Shown: positions 50,937-58,584 of the stretch, piece by piece
Layout: each line of letters opens with the position of its first letter
How positions within the stretch are numbered: the first letter of the stretch is position 1
Source of the DNA: Candidatus Falkowbacteria bacterium UBA917
Lineage (GTDB): Bacteria; Patescibacteriota; Patescibacteriia; Patescibacteriales; Patescibacteriaceae
DNA length: 63,599 bases
Assembly: GCA_002293855.1 (NCBI GenBank)
Contig: DBEB01000010.1
Coordinates: forward strand, 1-63,599
Direction of reading: 5' to 3'
Notes under the pieces: model-generated
The model's input: the letters and a program-made list of their open reading frames with translations, nothing else
What the model was told of the DNA's origin: nothing
Database searches by the model: none
Position numbers and translations under genes: made by a program

Positions 50937-52076
50937 TTAAATATAAAATCTTTTAATCAAAGGATTGAGTCGGGTGATAATTTCGTAAGCAGAAGTCTCC
51001 GCCCTGTCAGCCAAGTCAGTAGCACCGATGCAACGAGTCCCCTGAGTCCCGATTAAGACAACTTCATCACCGACAGCACTATGACTAACTCGAGTTAAGT
51101 CAATAATCAACATATCCATAGAAACTCGGCCAAGGACACGGGCATATTGACCATTAACTAGAACTCGACCAATGCTAGAGAGACTACGATCATAACCATG
51201 CCAATAACCAACGGGCAAGATACCAATAACAGAATCGCGCTCCAAGCGCTCAGTAAAATCATAACCTACTCGACTGCCAGCTGGAACACTTTTGATCTCG
51301 CTAATAACAGTCTTCCAAGACAGTATAGGCCTGAGCGTTAGATGGTCATTCATAGCTGATTCAACTTGTAGCGAAGGCCAGAGACCATAGAGTCCAATAC
51401 CGACACGGACCATATCTAGATGTGACTGAGGATAAATAAGGGTGCCCGCGCTAGCAGCAGCATGCCTAATGACTGATAAACCGCGTCTAGCAAACTCTGC
51501 GGTAATTATAGCAAACTTTGCTAATTGTTGCTCTGTATCATCAGCAAAGGCAGGGTTTTTGGCAGCAGCTAAATGTGTAAAGACGCCTTGGACTTTAACT
51601 TGTGGTAATTCATCAGCTAAAAAATCTAAGACTTTGTTAAGATCAGCAGGAAAGAAGCCTTGACGACACATGCCAGTATCAAACTTGAGATGGATACTTA
51701 AATCTTGATCAGACAACTGACGCAAAGCAGAGAGAGCTTCAAAACTAGAAATAGTTAAACTAACTTGATGAGCGACAGCTAGAGCTAATACACTTGGCAA
51801 AGTATAACCAAGAACCAGAATAGGTTTAGTGAGTCCAGCTTGACGTAGTTTGACGGCTTCGATGATCGAGTCAACCATCAAATAATCAGCACCGAGTCGA
51901 GATAATTCAAGCGAATAATCAACTAGCGAATGACCATAGGCATTGGACTTGGTGACAGCAGCAAGTAAGCAAGAGTCAGCCAAGAGATCACGAAACATGT
52001 GATAGTTGTAGCGCAAATGATCACGATCAATTTCTATCCAAGTCCGCAACTTAGCTTTTTCATTAACGATTGACAT
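50937..52076 (-). CDS. alr: alanine racemase
   Basis: 379 aa. It has the PLP-Lys context AAVTKSNAYGHS, plus VRVGIGLYG and GYWHGY. Confidence 0.9.
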   Translation of the reverse strand: MSIVNEKAKLRTWIEIDRDHLRYNYHMFRDLLADSCLLAAVTKSNAYGHSLVDYSLELSRLGADYLMVDSIIEAVKLRQAGLTKPILVLGYTLPSVLALAVAHQVSLTISSFEALSALRQLSDQDLSIHLKFDTGMCRQGFFPADLNKVLDFLADELPQVKVQGVFTHLAAAKNPAFADDTEQQLAKFAIITAEFARRGLSVIRHAAASAGTLIYPQSHLDMVRVGIGLYGLWPSLQVESAMNDHLTLRPILSWKTVISEIKSVPAGSRVGYDFTERLERDSVIGILPVGYWHGYDRSLSSIGRVLVNGQYARVLGRVSMDMLIIDLTRVSHSAVGDEVVLIGTQGTRCIGATDLADRAETSAYEIITRLNPLIKRFYI

Positions 52077-52443
52077 GGCGATGACTCAAATAAAGATAGT
52101 CTTTGACAGTATTAATCAGACCCTTTTCAGTCCTCGTCACATGATCAAAAAAAGGCGTGAGCGAAGCTGGGAAATCCTCAGTCTCCGCTAGAGCGACAGT
52201 TAACCGAACTGGGCTACGAGAGTCGCTCGCTTTGAGCTGATAAAAATAACCAAGAGCGGTGTAGAGATAAGGATCGGTCGCTCGCCCATCAAAGAGTAAA
52301 ACTAGAACTTGAGCCTGCTCAAGATCGGAGAGATCAGGGTTAATCGAAACCTGCGTACCGATGCGTGTAAATTCATCAGCCCAGCGGTCTAGCCAGCCTT
52401 GTTCGCGTTGATTTACCTGAGAGCCAAGAATAGCGATCCGCAT
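52063..52443 (-). CDS. hypothetical protein, possibly nucleoside 2-deoxyribosyltransferase-like fold
   Basis: 126 aa. MRIAILGS...AQVLVLLFDGRATDPYLYTALGYFYQL is reminiscent of the NDT/YtoQ pattern (vvAxldGxxxDxGTxxElGyA), but with Ala where the catalytic Glu sits. It overlaps alr by 14 nt. Confidence 0.4.
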   Translation of the reverse strand: MRIAILGSQVNQREQGWLDRWADEFTRIGTQVSINPDLSDLEQAQVLVLLFDGRATDPYLYTALGYFYQLKASDSRSPVRLTVALAETEDFPASLTPFFDHVTRTEKGLINTVKDYLYLSHRHVNR

Positions 52444-52451
52444 AAAAATCC

Positions 52452-54248
52452 TTACTTTAAATTGACACCAATTTCTTTGAGTTGTTCAGGACTAACTTCA
52501 TTAGGACTGTCCATCAAGAGGTCACGACCTTGGCCGTCCTTAGGGAAGGCGTACATATCACGAATACTATCCCAGTCATTGAGGACCATGATGAGACGGT
52601 CAAGACCTGGAGCGTTACCGGCATGAGGTGGAGCACCATAACGGAAGGCATTGATCATGCCACTAAACTTTTGATCAACCTCCTCCTGACTGTAGCCAGC
52701 AATGGCGAAAGCCTTGTACATTAGCTCAGGATTTTGATTGCGAACAGCGCCCGAAGAAATCTCAAAACCGTTTAAAACTAAGTCGTATTGATAAGCCAAG
52801 ATCTCCAAAGGATTTTTTTGGATTAGAGCCTCGAGGCCACCTTGAGGCATGGAGAAGGGATTGTGACCAAAGTCGACGGCCTTGCCTTGTTTGGCAGCTA
52901 GACTCCCCTCCTCAACGGCTTCGTACATTGGATAGTCAACGATCCAACACCAAGCAGCCTTGGTATTATCAAGCAGATTTAAGCGGCTAGCCAGATCAAG
53001 ACGTAGAGTGCCCATAGCGCCACAGAGCTTGAGCCAAGGACCAGCACCAACCAAGACGGCATCACCAGACTTGGCACCGATAGTGTCAAGGAAGGCTTGG
53101 AACTTATGCTCACCAATGAATTTAGTCAGACTAGACTTAATGCCTTCATCAGTGATCTGAACATAGGCAAGTCCCGCTAGACCTTTTTTCTTGGCAAGTT
53201 CAACTAATTCATCAAAAACTTTACGACTGAAGCTGGCGCCAGTTGGAACGACTAGAGCATGAATAGCGCCACCGCTAGCGGCAATCTCATCAAAGACTGT
53301 GAAGCCAGAATTAGCGAGTAGCGGTGTGACGGCCTGAATGGATAAATCAAAACGTAAGTCCGGCTTGTCAGAACCGTAGCGTGTCATTGCCTCACGCCAA
53401 GGCAAACGACGGAAAGAATTATCCGCTTCTAAATTAATGATGCTTTTGTTAGAAAACTTTTCAGTCAACTCAATCATTAGTGGCTCCATGATCCCAAAAA
53501 CGTCATCTTGACCAGCGAAGCTCATCTCCATGTCGAGTTGATAGAACTCACCGTAATGACGATCGACACGAGTGTCTTCGTCACGGAAGCAAGGCGCAAT
53601 TTGGAAATACCGATCAAGACCACCAACCATTAGGAGCTGTTTGAATTGTTGTGGTGCCTGAGGTAGAGCATAAAACTTACCTGGATATAGTCGAGATGGG
53701 ACAAGGAAGTCACGAGCGCCTTCTGGTGAAGAGTTAGCTAGAATCGGGGTCTGAACTTCGGTGAAGCCATGACTATGGAAATAAGCACGGATCTGAGTAA
53801 AATAGCGATCTTTGACAGCCAGCATCTCCTGAAGCTTCGGACGACGGAGGTCAAGGAAACGATACTTGAGACGTAGAGATTCACTCACCTCACCTAATTT
53901 GTCATCATTATGGATTTCAAAAGGCAAGACTTCAGCGACGCTGAGAATTTCTAGATTATCAACTCGGACTTCGATCTCACCAGTAGCCAGCTTGGGATTG
54001 ATCATTTTTTCAGGTCGCAGTGCTACAACACCTTTGACTTTGATGACCCATTCATGCCGTAATTTACAAGCCTCAGCAAAGCTAGGATCAGTGTCATTCC
54101 AAGAAAGCTGAGTGAGGCCATACTTGTCACGCAGGTCAATAAAAAGCAAAGAGCCAAGATTGCGATAAGAGGCTACCCAACCAGATAATTCAACGATTTG
54201 GCTAAGATTAGATTTATTTAACTGTCCACAGGTATGAGTTCTCAGCAT
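52452..54248 (-). CDS. aspS: aspartate--tRNA ligase (bacterial type with GAD insertion)
   Basis: 598 aa. MLRTHTCGQL..., FRDEDTRVDRH (motif 2 region) and GNAPGLDRLIM (motif 3 region). Confidence 0.95.
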   Translation of the reverse strand: MLRTHTCGQLNKSNLSQIVELSGWVASYRNLGSLLFIDLRDKYGLTQLSWNDTDPSFAEACKLRHEWVIKVKGVVALRPEKMINPKLATGEIEVRVDNLEILSVAEVLPFEIHNDDKLGEVSESLRLKYRFLDLRRPKLQEMLAVKDRYFTQIRAYFHSHGFTEVQTPILANSSPEGARDFLVPSRLYPGKFYALPQAPQQFKQLLMVGGLDRYFQIAPCFRDEDTRVDRHYGEFYQLDMEMSFAGQDDVFGIMEPLMIELTEKFSNKSIINLEADNSFRRLPWREAMTRYGSDKPDLRFDLSIQAVTPLLANSGFTVFDEIAASGGAIHALVVPTGASFSRKVFDELVELAKKKGLAGLAYVQITDEGIKSSLTKFIGEHKFQAFLDTIGAKSGDAVLVGAGPWLKLCGAMGTLRLDLASRLNLLDNTKAAWCWIVDYPMYEAVEEGSLAAKQGKAVDFGHNPFSMPQGGLEALIQKNPLEILAYQYDLVLNGFEISSGAVRNQNPELMYKAFAIAGYSQEEVDQKFSGMINAFRYGAPPHAGNAPGLDRLIMVLNDWDSIRDMYAFPKDGQGRDLLMDSPNEVSPEQLKEIGVNLK

Positions 54249-54327
54249 ATGATTGAAGGGTCTTTTCGCTTTAGTTTTAGTAAAAATTATTAATTTAGCT
54301 TAGCAAAAGTGGGCTTTTTTTTCAAGA

Positions 54328-54356
54328 TTGACGAGCTAGTCAAGATGACGCATAAT
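54328..54356 (+). promoter_or_regulatory. sigma70 promoter (TTGACG-17 nt-CATAAT) for the plus-strand orphan gene
   Basis: The plus strand reads ttgacg agctagtcaagatgacg cataat. It lies inside the N-terminal extension of the track ORF. Confidence 0.5.
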
Positions 54357-54398
54357 GGAAACTCGTTCTTTTGGCTAGTAACATCTTTGGGGGAATTA

Positions 54399-54686
54399 AT
54401 GAACTCACAAATAGAGGAAACTCGTTTGAATAATTTGCAAGAGCAGTTTGTAGTAGAAATGATTACAAATAGAACCTTGCGAAGCGTCGTATTAAAAGAA
54501 AGCTCATTATTCTGGCACTACAAAAAAAATCGACTTATTAAAGCCGACGAAAGAGAATTGAGGACCTTTGTGTTAGTACGGATTGATGACAAAAATTCGA
54601 GGCCCATCAGGTCTAATCGAGTTGAACAATTCAGATCAGATAGCTACTTACTGTTACAGCTATCCGACCAAGGCGTAACAAACTAA
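54399..54686 (+). CDS. hypothetical protein (95 aa, opposite-strand orphan)
   Basis: I trimmed the ORF to the Met at 54399 (MNSQIEETRLNNLQEQF...), which is preceded by GGGGGA 4 nt upstream. It has its own promoter and terminator. No family was recognised. Confidence 0.5.
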   Translation: MNSQIEETRLNNLQEQFVVEMITNRTLRSVVLKESSLFWHYKKNRLIKADERELRTFVLVRIDDKNSRPIRSNRVEQFRSDSYLLLQLSDQGVTN

Positions 54687-54700
54687 TTGTTACGCTTTTT
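54673..54700 (+). terminator. terminator of the plus-strand orphan gene (overlaps the recO stop)
   Basis: gcgtaacaaactaattgttacgcttttt has a 9-bp stem followed by 5 T. Confidence 0.65.
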
Positions 54701-55304
54701 AATTGGCCAAAGTGTTAGCTAATTCGTTAATGAAACGAGCCTGAACTTTGGTCAGGCGTGGTGCGCCGAGATAGAGCTGATCAAGCAAGTTTTTAATTGA
54801 AAGTAGCGTCGAAGCAGGAAAGCGCAGACTGAGACTGTCCCAGTCTAAACCGGCGCCGAGCAAGCTATGTAATTTGATAATATAGAGATTAACTAAAGCT
54901 TGATAATAGATGGCGCTGGCACGAATAGTATTAAAAACGGTTAGTGAGTGGCTAAGCAGGGCGTAGAGCTTGAGATCAGCTTGATTGACTTCTACTTGAC
55001 GATTGAAGTTAGTCAGCCAAACACCCACCCAAAGCAATTTATCCAAATCTTGCTTGAGATGATAAAAACAATCCAGCGTACGAGCAGATCCAACATAGGA
55101 CAGACTGCGACCGTTAATAATCATTAGAGAGGCCCGATTGGCTGGCTCTAGGTGGCCAGCGAGTTTGGAGCTAGATTTCTTGAGACCACGAGCAACCAGA
55201 TCTAATTTACCTTGCTCACGAGTATAGATACTGAGACGACTGTCGGACTCGCGCCAGACTTGTCTAGTCAAAATAATGCCTTCGACAGTGTAAGTAGCTT
55301 CCAT
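54699..55304 (-). CDS. recO: DNA repair protein RecO
   Basis: 201 aa. It has an N-terminal OB fold (EGIILTRQVWRESDSRLSIYTREQGKLDLVARG), then a helical domain. Confidence 0.8.
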   Translation of the reverse strand: MEATYTVEGIILTRQVWRESDSRLSIYTREQGKLDLVARGLKKSSSKLAGHLEPANRASLMIINGRSLSYVGSARTLDCFYHLKQDLDKLLWVGVWLTNFNRQVEVNQADLKLYALLSHSLTVFNTIRASAIYYQALVNLYIIKLHSLLGAGLDWDSLSLRFPASTLLSIKNLLDQLYLGAPRLTKVQARFINELANTLAN

Positions 55305-55345
55305 AAAAGTCTAAGCTGATTAAATAAACTTTATCACCATTGAAA

Positions 55346-55510
55346 GACCACCCCGAACTTCGCTCACCCCTCCTTATTAAGGAGGGGAAAACCTATAAAT
55401 CCCGCTTTTATGAGCTTAAACCTGTTTTGTTAGGAGGAGGAAGAGTAAAAATGACACTGGTTCTTAGCTCACCTTACTAAGGGGAGCTGCTTGCTAGGAC
55501 TGAGGGGTCT
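55346..55510. repeat. intergenic palindromic repeat, locus B (about 165-bp MITE-like unit bounded by imperfect inverted ends, each with a CCTTA-N-TAAGG hairpin)
   Basis: The left end is gaccaccccgaacttcgctca-cccctccttattaaggagggg (hairpin at 55367-55387). The right end, reverse-complemented, is agacccctcagtcctagcaagcagctccccttagtaaggtgagc (hairpin at 55467-55487). The right end matches locus A (9438-9479). Confidence 0.65.
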
Positions 55511-55513
55511 GTT

Positions 55514-55903
55514 TTAATTTCGCGCTAGGTAAGTTTCCAAAATCAACATAGCCGCGATAGCATCTTCAGCGGCAGCGGCTTTGTGCTTAGCTGTACCAGG
55601 AGCTTGATGACGTAACTCTATAGCGAGACGAGTAGTAAGTCGCTCATCAACTATTTCAATAGGCAAGCCAGAGAGCTTGCTTAACTCAGCTTGAAAATCA
55701 GCCAGAGCCTGATGCTCAGCACGACCATCTTTGGCAATAGGATGACCGAGGATAATTTTAGTGATGCCCTGAGATTTGATTTCAGAGACTAACTCAGCGA
55801 GATTTTTAACCACGCCAATTGGCACTGCAACACGAGTTTCGCTATCAGCAATAGCTAAACCAATTTTACTAATCCCCCAATCAACGCCGAGATAGATGTC
55901 CAT
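55514..55903 (-). CDS. ruvX: Holliday junction resolvase-like / pre-16S rRNA nuclease RuvX (YqgF)
   Basis: 129 aa. LGVDWGISKIGLAIAD...VDERLTT matches the family. Confidence 0.9.
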   Translation of the reverse strand: MDIYLGVDWGISKIGLAIADSETRVAVPIGVVKNLAELVSEIKSQGITKIILGHPIAKDGRAEHQALADFQAELSKLSGLPIEIVDERLTTRLAIELRHQAPGTAKHKAAAAEDAIAAMLILETYLARN

Positions 55904-55908
55904 ACAAA

Positions 55909-56688
55909 TTAATAATCTGTTAATACCTCTACGCCGTCATCAGTGACAACGATAGTATTTTCAAATTGAGCAGCAAGTGATCCGTCACGAGTGATAATGG
56001 TAAAATTATCGGGAGCGATTTTGATCCGCCAATCGCCGATCGTAACCATTGGCTCGATAGCGAGGACCATACCTGACTCGAGACGGACATTGGGCATGCC
56101 GGCTTCTTTGATATTGTAATGAGGAACCTGAGGATCCTCATGGACGGCAAGACCGACACCGTGACCGACCAACTCACGAACGACACCTAAGCCCTCGCCT
56201 TCGACGTATTTTTGAATAGCGGAACCAATGTCATTGAGAGTGTTACCTGGCTTGATTTGCTTGATACCGATAGAGAGAGCTTCACGAGTAACATTAATGA
56301 GATGCTGAGCTGGTTTACTGATAGCACCAACCGCAAAGGTACGAGCCATATCACTAAAATAACCATCCAAAACCATGCCACAATCGAGCTTAATAATGTC
56401 ACCGGCTTTGAGAACCCGAGACGGTAGAGCTGGTGCGTGGACAATTTCGTTATTTAAAGAAGCGCAAAGAGCAGTGGGAAAGGCTGGTGAGCGACGGTCA
56501 GATTTGTAACCCTTGAAAGAAGGCTTGCCGCCAGCTGCCTCAATCATAGCCAAGGCCGCTAACTCTAGGTCACCAGTACTAACACCCGGCTTAACCAAAG
56601 CTTCTAACTCGCGAAAAATAGCCGCCATAGCGTGACAGCTTTTGCGGATACCAGCAATTTGATTTTTGGATTTGATGTATTTAGGCAT
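55909..56688 (-). CDS. map: type I methionine aminopeptidase
   Basis: 259 aa. The metal ligands are in context: IIKLDCG, YFSDMARTF, GHGVG, LAIEP and QFENT. Confidence 0.95.
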   Translation of the reverse strand: MPKYIKSKNQIAGIRKSCHAMAAIFRELEALVKPGVSTGDLELAALAMIEAAGGKPSFKGYKSDRRSPAFPTALCASLNNEIVHAPALPSRVLKAGDIIKLDCGMVLDGYFSDMARTFAVGAISKPAQHLINVTREALSIGIKQIKPGNTLNDIGSAIQKYVEGEGLGVVRELVGHGVGLAVHEDPQVPHYNIKEAGMPNVRLESGMVLAIEPMVTIGDWRIKIAPDNFTIITRDGSLAAQFENTIVVTDDGVEVLTDY

Positions 56689-57342
56689 TTATTTGAGTAG
56701 TTTTTTAATAGCTTGCCAGATTTCGGCCTTAATTACTTTAATTGGTTGCTTGCCATCAAAGGCAAGTAATTTAGCATTTTCAGCACCATAGGTCAATAAG
56801 GGTTTGGCAGTATTTTTATAAGCCTTAAGTCGATCACGAATGACCTTGGGTCGGTCATCTTCACGTAGATAGAGAGCTTTGCCGCAGAGATCGCAAATAC
56901 CAGCCTTGCGTGAGGGCTTGTAAACCAAATGGTAACTTGCTCCACAATCACAAACTCGCCTACCTACTAGACGATTAATAATCTCCTTATCTGGGACTTT
57001 AATCTCGATAATATAAAGCTGATCGTTTTTCTTGAGCCAAGTTAGGAGCTTGGCTAATTGCTTGGCATCACGAGGAAAGCCATCAAAAATAACACCATGC
57101 TTGGTATCGGGTTTGGCTAGTCGATGAGCTACTAAGTCTTCAACTACTTTGTCCGGTACCAATTTGCCAGCGTCCATGTATTTTTTGGCTTGTTTACCTA
57201 GATCAGTTTGGTGATGAAGATGCCAACGCAAAAGCTCACCAGTCGAAATAACTGGCCAAGCTAGCTTCTCAGCCAGCAGATCAGACTGAGTCCCCTTGCC
57301 GGAGCCAGGGGCACCGATAAAAATTAAAAGCAGTCGAGACAT
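56689..57342 (-). CDS. adk: adenylate kinase (Zn-lid type)
   Basis: 217 aa. It has the P-loop GAPGSGKGTQ and the lid cysteines CDCGASYH...CDLCG. Confidence 0.95.
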   Translation of the reverse strand: MSRLLLIFIGAPGSGKGTQSDLLAEKLAWPVISTGELLRWHLHHQTDLGKQAKKYMDAGKLVPDKVVEDLVAHRLAKPDTKHGVIFDGFPRDAKQLAKLLTWLKKNDQLYIIEIKVPDKEIINRLVGRRVCDCGASYHLVYKPSRKAGICDLCGKALYLREDDRPKVIRDRLKAYKNTAKPLLTYGAENAKLLAFDGKQPIKVIKAEIWQAIKKLLK

Positions 57343-57344
57343 AA

Positions 57345-57851
57345 TTAGAGGCCGTGATTGAGAGGGATGGAGTTATGATGAGCTGGCGTTTGACCAGTGT
57401 CAGCAGTTTGGTGAGAGCTATGGTCCAAAGCAGAAGTATGAGCATGGTCATGAGTGAGATTAGTCTCGACATGATGATGCTCATTGGGATTTAACCTAAT
57501 CTGATCTTCTTCACGTAAACGATCCAAACGAGTATGCGCTAGGTTGCGTGCCTTGAGACGCTCAGCTAATTCGGTGTCAGGTTTGTCAGTTAGAATATCT
57601 TTAACTTGGCGCTTAAAACGAAAGCCATGATCGTCATACATTTTTTCAAGGATTTGTTTGCCACGAATGGTTTGGCCGGTTTTAAGAGGCTCTTTGTTCA
57701 TGGTGTCGAGAAACTTCTTTTTGTCGTAATGATCAAAACGTTTAGCGACTTTTTTGATGTCTAATTTGTTGTATTTTTTGTATTGTTCAAAATGAGGAAC
57801 TTTTTCTTGGTTAGAAGAATCTTGATTAAAAAGTGAGCCAAAGAGAGACAT
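57345..57851 (-). CDS. hypothetical protein with histidine-rich C-terminus
   Basis: 168 aa. It is basic and helical at the N-terminus. The tail is NEHHHVETNLTHDHAHTSALDHSSHQTADTGQTPAHHNSIPLNHG. Its stop lies 2 nt before the adk start. Confidence 0.6.
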   Translation of the reverse strand: MSLFGSLFNQDSSNQEKVPHFEQYKKYNKLDIKKVAKRFDHYDKKKFLDTMNKEPLKTGQTIRGKQILEKMYDDHGFRFKRQVKDILTDKPDTELAERLKARNLAHTRLDRLREEDQIRLNPNEHHHVETNLTHDHAHTSALDHSSHQTADTGQTPAHHNSIPLNHGL

Positions 57852-57875
57852 AGAAATAGTATTTAAAGTACTATC

Positions 57876-57904
57876 AGTATAGTTTAAAGGTCAGAAATAA
57901 ACAA
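57876..57904 (-). promoter_or_regulatory. promoter (TTGTTT-17 nt-TATACT) for the His-rich gene-adk-map unit
   Basis: The minus strand reads ttgttt atttctgacctttaaac tatact. Confidence 0.45.
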
Positions 57905-57912
57905 ATTGGCTA

Positions 57913-57941
57913 TAAAAAAGTCCATTCTTATAGAATGGACT
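57913..57941 (-). terminator. terminator after the 57950-58456 orphan gene
   Basis: The minus strand reads agtccattctataagaatggacttttttat. It has a 9-bp stem followed by a T-run. Confidence 0.7.
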
Positions 57942-57949
57942 TGATGAAA

Positions 57950-58456
57950 TTATACATAGACTCTTTTGCCTCTGGGATGAAAGTGGACTCGACTAACGCT
58001 ATCCATAAACTTTTCATCATGACCAAATTTCTGTTTCACGACTCTCTTAACAGCAGACTTGGCGATCAAACCAAGGTACTCTAATTGTTGATTATTAAAG
58101 AGAGTTTTGACTTTTTGTCTAAAGACACTCCATTCGGATCGATGAGCTTTGATAATAGTGTCCAGATTAACCTCACCATTCTCAATTGAATGACCGGGAA
58201 ATAAGGTTTGAAACCTAGCTTCGTTGAAATTAACCAACTTGATATGAATCGAGATGATTTGTTGGCCACTGCCTTCAGTGAGCAGATTGAGTGGTGATTT
58301 TTCGATACTGGCATGCCAAAGATTCCAAAAATCACCATTAACAGGAAAGTTGAACTCCAGAAAGACTTTGTGATCCCCTAGAAAAAAACGATCCTTAACA
58401 AAGCAATAACTCAGATCAGATAAACTGACCAAACTGGACTTAGATTGAGAAGACAT
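57950..58456 (-). CDS. hypothetical protein (168 aa orphan between secY and adk)
   Basis: Track ORF. It looks soluble and matches no family I recognise. It is bracketed by its own consensus promoter and terminator. Confidence 0.6.
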   Translation of the reverse strand: MSSQSKSSLVSLSDLSYCFVKDRFFLGDHKVFLEFNFPVNGDFWNLWHASIEKSPLNLLTEGSGQQIISIHIKLVNFNEARFQTLFPGHSIENGEVNLDTIIKAHRSEWSVFRQKVKTLFNNQQLEYLGLIAKSAVKRVVKQKFGHDEKFMDSVSRVHFHPRGKRVYV

Positions 58457-58505
58457 GAATTACCCCCAAAAAATATAAGACAAAATAACAAAGAACTGAG
58501 CGCTT

Positions 58506-58534
58506 ATCATAGTATTAAAATATCTATTTGTCAA
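58506..58534 (-). promoter_or_regulatory. sigma70 promoter (TTGACA-17 nt-TATGAT) for the 57950-58456 gene
   Basis: The minus strand reads ttgaca aatagatattttaatac tatgat. The -35 is at 58534-58529 and the -10 at 58511-58506. Confidence 0.65.
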
Positions 58535-58539
58535 TAACT

Positions 58540-58564
58540 AAAAGAACCGTCCGAGGACGGTTCT
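58540..58564 (-). terminator. terminator after secY
   Basis: The minus strand reads agaaccgtcctcggacggttcttttag. It has a 9-bp stem and a short T-run. Confidence 0.6.
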
Positions 58565-58584
58565 TGGTACTTGATGATGAGGTT

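Noticed and set aside
54309-54398. The longer 125-aa version of the plus-strand orphan ORF.
   Set aside because: Its first 30 codons contain the predicted TTGACG-17-CATAAT promoter. The Met at 54399 has an SD-like GGGGGA.
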